Shown: positions 25,424 through 30,606 of the stretch, in pieces | Position numbering within the stretch: the stretch's first letter is position 1 | Layout: every line of letters starts with the position of its first letter | Source of the DNA: Actinomycetota bacterium | GTDB lineage: Bacteria > Actinomycetota > UBA4738 > HRBIN12 | DNA length: 30,606 nucleotides | Assembly (NCBI GenBank): GCA_036277855.1 | Contig: DASUMC010000223.1 | Coordinates: 1 to 30,606, forward strand | Direction: 5' to 3' | Notes under the pieces: model-generated | What the model saw: only the letters and a program-made list of their open reading frames with translations | Told to the model about the DNA's origin: nothing | Database searches by the model: none | Position numbers and translations under genes: made by a program

Positions 25424-26238
25424 CTCCGCAACCCCCACAGCTCGGGGAAGAAGCGCTTCCCGAGCGTCGACCGCAGATACTCGACCCCCGCGGATCCGCC
25501 CGTCCCCGGCTTGGCGCCGATCTCGCGCTCGACCATCAGCACGTGGTGGTACCGCCATTGCGCGAAGCCCTCGTCGTGGTCGAGGAGCCGCTCCGCCACG
25601 GCGAACAGCGAGGCGTGCTCGGCGTCGCGGGCCATCCGCAGCAGGCTCGCGCGCCGTGCCTCCTCGTCGTCCCCAGGCATCGGCAACCCGCGGCCTTCGA
25701 GCAGCGCGACGAAGCCGTCCCACACCGTCGGCTCGTCGAGCCGCCGGGCCAGCCGCTCGAGCTCGTCGGGTGAGGCGGCGAGGTCGCGGAGATACCCGGG
25801 CTGCTTGAGCCCGGAGAGGAACTCCACCTCCCGGAACTGCGCCGACTGGAAGCCCGAGGCCGGGGTGAGCAGCGAGCGGAACTCGAGGAAGTCCTGCGGG
25901 GTCATCGTCTCGAGCACCTGGATGTGGTCGATCAGCACGCGTTCGATGGCATGGACCCGCGTCAGATAGTGGCGCGCGCGTTCGGCGTCGCTCTCGAGCA
26001 TCCGGTCGCGGACCGACTCCAGCTCGAAGATCAGCTGCTTGAACCACAGCTCGTACGCCTGGTGCACGACGATGAACAACAGCTCGTCGTGCACGGGGGG
26101 ATCCGAGCGCAGCCGCTGGAGCGAGATCAGCTCGGGGACGGCGAGGTACTCCCCATAGGTGAGGAGACCCTCCGCGGCCGGCTCGGTCAGCCGGCCCATC
26201 CGCCGGACCCGGCCGCTGGATCGCCCCGGCTCGTCCAC
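25414..26238 (-). CDS. kynA: tryptophan 2,3-dioxygenase
   Basis: YGEYL, HDELLFIVVHQAYELWFKQ, PASGFQSAQFR, WRYHHVLMVEREIG, GTGGS loop. GTG 26238 supported by a -10 box; alternative ATG 26199. Confidence 0.93.
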   Translation of the reverse strand: MDEPGRSSGRVRRMGRLTEPAAEGLLTYGEYLAVPELISLQRLRSDPPVHDELLFIVVHQAYELWFKQLIFELESVRDRMLESDAERARHYLTRVHAIERVLIDHIQVLETMTPQDFLEFRSLLTPASGFQSAQFREVEFLSGLKQPGYLRDLAASPDELERLARRLDEPTVWDGFVALLEGRGLPMPGDDEEARRASLLRMARDAEHASLFAVAERLLDHDEGFAQWRYHHVLMVEREIGAKPGTGGSAGVEYLRSTLGKRFFPELWGLRSYL

Positions 26239-26245
26239 GGCGTCG

Positions 26246-26251
26246 ATGCTA
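26246..26251 (-). promoter_or_regulatory. -10 box TAGCAT overlapping the VWA stop codon
   Basis: 7 nt before GTG 26238. Confidence 0.55.
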
Positions 26252-27415
26252 GTCGGCGAGCGCTCGGGACAGCTCCTCGAGGCTCTCGAGGTTGTGCCCC
26301 GGCAGGAACTCGTCGATCGAGGGCAACGCCGCCGCCATCCCGCGCGCGAGCGGCTCGTAGTGCGGGCTCCCCTTCAGTGGGTTCACCCAGACGATCCTGT
26401 GGACGAGCCGCCGGAGCTTGGCCATCTGGTCGCGCAGCAGGTCGGGCTCCCCGCGTTCGAGCCCGTCGGAACAGATCACGGCGACCGCGCCGCGGATCGA
26501 CGCGCGCTGGCTCCAGCCGTCCACGAGCTCCTTGAGCGACGCCCCGATCCGGGTCCCACCCTCCCAGTCCTCCACGAGGCGGCCGATCTCGCGAAGGGCG
26601 CGGTCGGGATCCTTCGTGCGGAGCGTCCGCGTGACGCGGGTCAGCCTGGTCCCGAAACAGAAGACCTCGACGCGCCTGCCGGCCGCCATCGCGGCGAACG
26701 CGAACTGCATCAGCGCCCGCGAGTACGGCGCCATCGAGCCCGAGATGTCGAGGATCAGCACCAGCGGACGGGTTCGGCGCCCACGGTCGCGCCACGCGCG
26801 CTCGAAGGGCTCGCCCTGCGTGCGCAGCGAGCGGCGCAGCGTTCGGCGCACGTCGAACCGCGCGCCGGACGGCGCGGCCCGGTAGCGGCGCGTGTGTCGC
26901 ATCGGCAGCTGGAGCGCGAGCTTGCGGATCAGGTGCGACACGCGCAGGCGCTCCCCCTCCGTCAGGTCGCCGAACGACTTCTCGCGAAGCCTCTCGGCGG
27001 CGCTCGCCACGATCCTGATCGATGCCTCGCCGTCGGTGAGCGCGTCCTCCTCGAGCTCGTGCCATTCCCGCGCGATCACGCGATCGTCGAGATCCCCCCC
27101 CTCGAGTGCGCGTTCGTCCTCGACCATGCCCTCGACCTCCGACGGCGAGCCGGGCATCGGGAGCTCGAGACGTAACCCCGTCCCGAACCACGCGGCGAAC
27201 GCCTCGTCGAACGTCTCGACGTCCTCCGGGCGCGAGATCAGCGACGATCGTCCGGCCCAATACAGGTCGTCGCGTTCGAGCGGCCCGAGAGCCCCGGCGG
27301 CCCGGCAGAACGTGACGATCCGCCCGGTGCCCACGGGCAGGCCGCGGCGCCGCAGGTCGCGCCCGAAGCCGATCAGGCGCTCGAGCGCGTCGGGGTCAGG
27401 GGCGTTCGCGACCAT
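26249..27415 (-). CDS. VWA domain protein, CoxE-like
   Basis: MIDAS LDISGSM, EVFCFGTRLTRVT, WEGGTRIG, ICSDGLE, WVNPL. Confidence 0.9.
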   Translation of the reverse strand: MVANAPDPDALERLIGFGRDLRRRGLPVGTGRIVTFCRAAGALGPLERDDLYWAGRSSLISRPEDVETFDEAFAAWFGTGLRLELPMPGSPSEVEGMVEDERALEGGDLDDRVIAREWHELEEDALTDGEASIRIVASAAERLREKSFGDLTEGERLRVSHLIRKLALQLPMRHTRRYRAAPSGARFDVRRTLRRSLRTQGEPFERAWRDRGRRTRPLVLILDISGSMAPYSRALMQFAFAAMAAGRRVEVFCFGTRLTRVTRTLRTKDPDRALREIGRLVEDWEGGTRIGASLKELVDGWSQRASIRGAVAVICSDGLERGEPDLLRDQMAKLRRLVHRIVWVNPLKGSPHYEPLARGMAAALPSIDEFLPGHNLESLEELSRALAD

Positions 27416-28280
27416 CGACGACCTCGCCCAGACGGTCGACCGCGAGCTGCTGATCGTCGTGATCCTTGAGCACGGCGCCGAGCGTCGCCGCGGCGATCTC
27501 CTCGTCCAGGTGCTCGGCGCCCAGGAACGAGACCGCGTTCGCCCAGTCGATCGTCTCGGCCACGCCGGGGCGCTTGGCGATGTCGAACCCGCGAAGCCGG
27601 CTCACGGCGGACGCGACGTCGCGCGCCAGGGCCCGTGGGACCTCGGGCGCGCGGGCGCGGATGATCTCGATCTCCCGGTCGAGCGCCGGGTGATCGATCC
27701 AGTGGTACAGGCACCGGCGCTTGAGCGCGTCGTGGAGCTCGCGCGTGCGGTTCGAGGTCACGATGACCACGGGCGGCTCCTCCGCGGCCACGCGCCCGAT
27801 CTCCGGGATCGTCACCGCGAACTCGGACAGGACCTCGAGCAGGAAGGCCTCGAACTCGTCGTCGGCGCGGTCGAGCTCGTCGACGAGCAGGACGGCCTTC
27901 GAGCCGGCGCGGATGGCAGCGAGGAGCGGGCGCTCGACGAGGTACTCGGGGCCAAACAGGTCCTCCACGTTGGCCTCCGCGGTCACGTCCTGCATCGCGC
28001 GGACGGCGATCAGCTGCTTGGAGTAGTTCCACTCGTAGAGAGCCTGACTCGCGTCGATGCCCTCGTAGCACTGGAGCCGGATCAGCTCGCGATCCAGCAG
28101 CGAGGCGAGCACCTTGGCGACCTCCGTCTTGCCCACGCCGGCCTCGCCCTCGAGCAGCAGCGGCTTGTCGAGCGACACGGCGAGGAAGATCGCCGTGGAA
28201 AGGCCTCGGTCGGCAAGGTAGTGCTCGCGCGCGAGGCCCTCCTGGAGCGACTCGACTTCGCCGAACGGCATCCGACCCAT
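27396..28280 (-). CDS. MoxR family AAA+ ATPase, CoxD-like
   Basis: LLEGEAGVGKT, RLQCYEG, LYEWNY, LLVDELDRAD, TSNRTRELHDALKRRC, KRPGVAETIDW. Confidence 0.93.
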   Translation of the reverse strand: MGRMPFGEVESLQEGLAREHYLADRGLSTAIFLAVSLDKPLLLEGEAGVGKTEVAKVLASLLDRELIRLQCYEGIDASQALYEWNYSKQLIAVRAMQDVTAEANVEDLFGPEYLVERPLLAAIRAGSKAVLLVDELDRADDEFEAFLLEVLSEFAVTIPEIGRVAAEEPPVVIVTSNRTRELHDALKRRCLYHWIDHPALDREIEIIRARAPEVPRALARDVASAVSRLRGFDIAKRPGVAETIDWANAVSFLGAEHLDEEIAAATLGAVLKDHDDQQLAVDRLGEVVDGRERP

Positions 28281-28289
28281 CGTGCCGAA

Positions 28290-28295
28290 AGCCTA
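28290..28295 (-). promoter_or_regulatory. -10 box TAGGCT
   Basis: 9 nt before ATG 28280. Confidence 0.45.
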
Positions 28296-28328
28296 CCGGC
28301 CGCCCGGCCGAGCGAGCGTCGGCGAGGC

Positions 28329-29207
28329 CTACGCCTCGGGCGCGGCCGGCGGGGGGGCGGCGAGGACGGGGGCCCGGATCCCGCGTTCGGCCAGACGCCG
28401 GGTGATGCGGGCGCGCAGGAGGCGTTCGACATCGATCTTCTTCGACGGCTTCGTCTCGGCGACGACCCGGATCACGACGTCGCGATCGTTCGTCGTCTCG
28501 ACGCCGAGCACCGAGGGCCCGTCCATGACCCACGCCTTCATCTCAGCGTCCTTCCGCAGCTCGTCGCGGAACTCGTCGAAGAGCTCGTCCAAGACGCCGC
28601 GCACCTGCTCCGGGTCCTGGCCGTACGCGATGTGCGTGTCGACGATCGCGCGGGCCCACCCTCGCGACTTGTTGCTCACGAGCACGATGTTGCCGTTCGG
28701 CACGATGTGCAGGGTCCCGTCGTACGCGCGGAGCGCGGTCGCCCGCAGCGTGAGCCACTCCACTCGCCCCAGGATCGGGTTCGCCGGCGTGCGGATCTCG
28801 ACGATGTCGCCGACGCCGAACTGGTTCTCGAGCAGGATGAAGAACCCGGTCAGCGTGTCCTTGACGATGCTCTGCGCGCCGAACCCCAGCGCCACGCCCA
28901 CGATCCCGGCGCTCGCGATGAACGGGGCGAGAGGCACATCCATGTAATTGAGGATCAGCATCCCGGCGACCACCCACACGACCACGACGAAGGTGGCGGA
29001 GAGCGCGTGCGCGAGGGTGGCAGCGCGCTGCAGGTTGCCCGCCTCGGAAAGGTGCGGCGCCTGCTCGAGCTTGCGCTGGAACCGTCCGACGATCACGCGC
29101 AGGATCAGCGTCGTGACCACCGCAGCGACGACCGTCAGCACGATCGGCAGGCCCACGTCCGCGAACCAATCCCCGAACCCGCGGTCCTGCGCGAGCACCC
29201 TCAACAT
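28329..29207 (-). CDS. mscS: small-conductance mechanosensitive channel family protein
   Basis: GIVGVALGFGAQSIVKD, FFILLENQFGVGDIV, LHIVPNG, SNKSRGW. Confidence 0.92.
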   Translation of the reverse strand: MLRVLAQDRGFGDWFADVGLPIVLTVVAAVVTTLILRVIVGRFQRKLEQAPHLSEAGNLQRAATLAHALSATFVVVVWVVAGMLILNYMDVPLAPFIASAGIVGVALGFGAQSIVKDTLTGFFILLENQFGVGDIVEIRTPANPILGRVEWLTLRATALRAYDGTLHIVPNGNIVLVSNKSRGWARAIVDTHIAYGQDPEQVRGVLDELFDEFRDELRKDAEMKAWVMDGPSVLGVETTNDRDVVIRVVAETKPSKKIDVERLLRARITRRLAERGIRAPVLAAPPPAAPEA

Positions 29208-29242
29208 CCACCCATCTAGGCAGACCCACGAGCGAGCGTCAA

Positions 29243-29279
29243 AGACCGAGGCCGGGCGCGACGCGCCCGGCCTCGGTCT
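29243..29279 (-). terminator. intrinsic terminator of the molybdo-hydroxylase operon
   Basis: Perfect 17-bp stem agaccgaggccgggcgc / gac loop / gcgcccggcctcggtct, ending in a short T run on the minus strand. Confidence 0.8.
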
Positions 29280-29304
29280 GCCGTGCGGGGCGTCTCCCCG
29301 ACGT

Positions 29305-30132
29305 CTATCGTGCCTGCGCCTCCTCGAGGGCTCGGCGCACCAGCACCTTCACCAGCTCCAGGCGGTATTCGGCGCTCGCGAACGCGTCACTCGGCGGGCT
29401 CGTCCCCTCCGCGGCTCGCTCCGACGCCGCGGCCGGATCGGCGCCCCCGGCCAGCTCCTCCTCCACGCCCGCGGCTCGCATCGGCCGGTCCGCCATGTTC
29501 GTGAGGGCGACCGAGGGCCCCGCGCCGTTCTGCGCGAGCGCGGCGACAGCCACGAGCGCCCAGTCCTGCGCGCGGCGCTGGAACTTCAGATAGCTCCAAC
29601 CGCGACCCGTCGTCTTGGGGACGCGGATCTCCGTCAGGACCTCGTCGGTCGCCAGGTCGGTTTCGAACAGGCCCTTGAAGAAGTCGCCCGCCCCGACGTT
29701 CCGAACGCCCCCGGGCCCCCGGACGACCATCTCGGCGTCGAGGGCCGTGAGCACGCTCGGCATGTCCGAGGCCGGGTCGGCGTGCGCCACCGAACCACCG
29801 ATCGTCCCGACGTGGCGGACCTGCGGGTCGCCGATCTCGCCCGCCGCGTAGGACACGATGGGACACAGCTCCTGCAGGGCCTCGCTGTTCGCGACGTCGT
29901 GGTGCCGCGTGAGCGCACCGATCGCCACCCGGTCTCCTTCCTCCTTCACGTACTTCAGGTCCTGCAGCCGCGAGATGTCCACGAGCAACGACGGCCTCGC
30001 CAGGCGGACCTTCATCAACGGCAGGAGCGAGTGACCGCCCGCCAGGAGCTTCGCCTCCGTTCCATCGGACAGCGCCTGGATCGCCTCGTCGACCGAGTCC
30101 ACTCGCCGGTACTCGAAGGGCGCCGGGATCAT
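29305..30132 (-). CDS. xanthine dehydrogenase / CODH family FAD-binding (M) subunit
   Basis: MIPAPFEY, LAGGHSLLPLMKVRL, IGDPQVRHVGTIGGSVAHADPASD. ATGA overlap with the L subunit stop. Confidence 0.93.
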   Translation of the reverse strand: MIPAPFEYRRVDSVDEAIQALSDGTEAKLLAGGHSLLPLMKVRLARPSLLVDISRLQDLKYVKEEGDRVAIGALTRHHDVANSEALQELCPIVSYAAGEIGDPQVRHVGTIGGSVAHADPASDMPSVLTALDAEMVVRGPGGVRNVGAGDFFKGLFETDLATDEVLTEIRVPKTTGRGWSYLKFQRRAQDWALVAVAALAQNGAGPSVALTNMADRPMRAAGVEEELAGGADPAAASERAAEGTSPPSDAFASAEYRLELVKVLVRRALEEAQAR

Positions 30133-30606
30133 GCCGCACCCCCCCTCGCGTCGCGGATGGCTTTCCACACGCGCTCGGGCGTCGCCGGCTTGCCGATCTC
30201 GGTCACGCCGAGATGCGACACCGCGTCCACGATCGCGTTGATCACCGCCGGCGGGGCCGCGATCGTTCCGGCCTCGCCGATCCCCTTGACGCCGAGCGGG
30301 TTCGTCGGCGAGGGAGTCTCCGTGCGGTCGAGCTCGAACGCGGGCATCTCGGCCGCCGACGGCACGAGGTACTGCGTCAGCGTTCCGGTGACCAGGTTGC
30401 CCGCCTCGTCGTAGATGACCTCCTCGTACAGGGCCTCCGCGATCCCGTGGGCGATGCCGCCGTGGACCTGCCCGTCGACGATCATCGGGTTGATCACGAC
30501 CCCGCAGTCGTCGACCGCCACGTAGCGGAGCAGCTGCGCAAAGCCGGTCTCGGTGTCGACCTCGGCGACGCAGACGTGGGTCCCGAACGGCCAGGTGAAG
30601 TTCTTC
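30129..30606 (-). CDS. xanthine dehydrogenase / CODH family molybdopterin-binding (L) subunit, C-terminal part
   Basis: PFGTHVCVAEVD, VDDCGVVINPMIVDGQVHGG, NPLGVKGIGEAG, PATPERVW. 5' part lies outside the window. Confidence 0.93.
   Translation of the reverse strand, partial: KNFTWPFGTHVCVAEVDTETGFAQLLRYVAVDDCGVVINPMIVDGQVHGGIAHGIAEALYEEVIYDEAGNLVTGTLTQYLVPSAAEMPAFELDRTETPSPTNPLGVKGIGEAGTIAAPPAVINAIVDAVSHLGVTEIGKPATPERVWKAIRDARGGAA

Noticed and set aside
29305-30606. Calling this a true aerobic CO dehydrogenase
   Set aside because: Diagnostic active-site motif is outside the window and the L-M order points to form II or other substrates.

Overview
High-GC chromosomal window, most likely from an uncultured Actinomycetota lineage (inference from GC, TAnnnT promoters and gene content). 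About 32 tightly packed CDSs. No tRNA, rRNA, CRISPR array, transposase, integrase or recognisable defence system was seen. In order: a 3'-truncated 2OG-Fe(II) oxygenase; CPBP protease; SAM methyltransferase; membrane-anchored pilin-like protein; Lrp/AsnC ligand-binding protein; MFS; GNAT; a sugar locus (GH13 convergent with msiK - GH1 - aglEFG-like ABC - membrane protein); a divergent nucleotidyltransferase/macrodomain pair; rhodanese; PNPOx-like protein; glcD-glcE; PLP aminotransferase; a lower-GC two-gene islet (histidine phosphatase, methyltransferase); TM-Fn3 surface protein; detached glcF; two tandem double-ACT paralogs; MBL hydrolase + YdeI/OmpD protein; tryptophan 2,3-dioxygenase; VWA + MoxR (CoxE/CoxD-like); MscS; and the 3' end of a form II CODH/xanthine-dehydrogenase-like L-M operon. 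I found no clearly new multi-gene system. Best leads: tandem ACT genes with parallel promoters, the NTase/macrodomain pair on overlapping -10 boxes, the orphan pilin-like protein, the CTG-initiated GH1, the low-GC islet with a coupled small ORF, and pervasive leaderless promoters. All family calls come from motif recognition by eye, not database searches. Many start codons were re-assigned relative to the ORF track.
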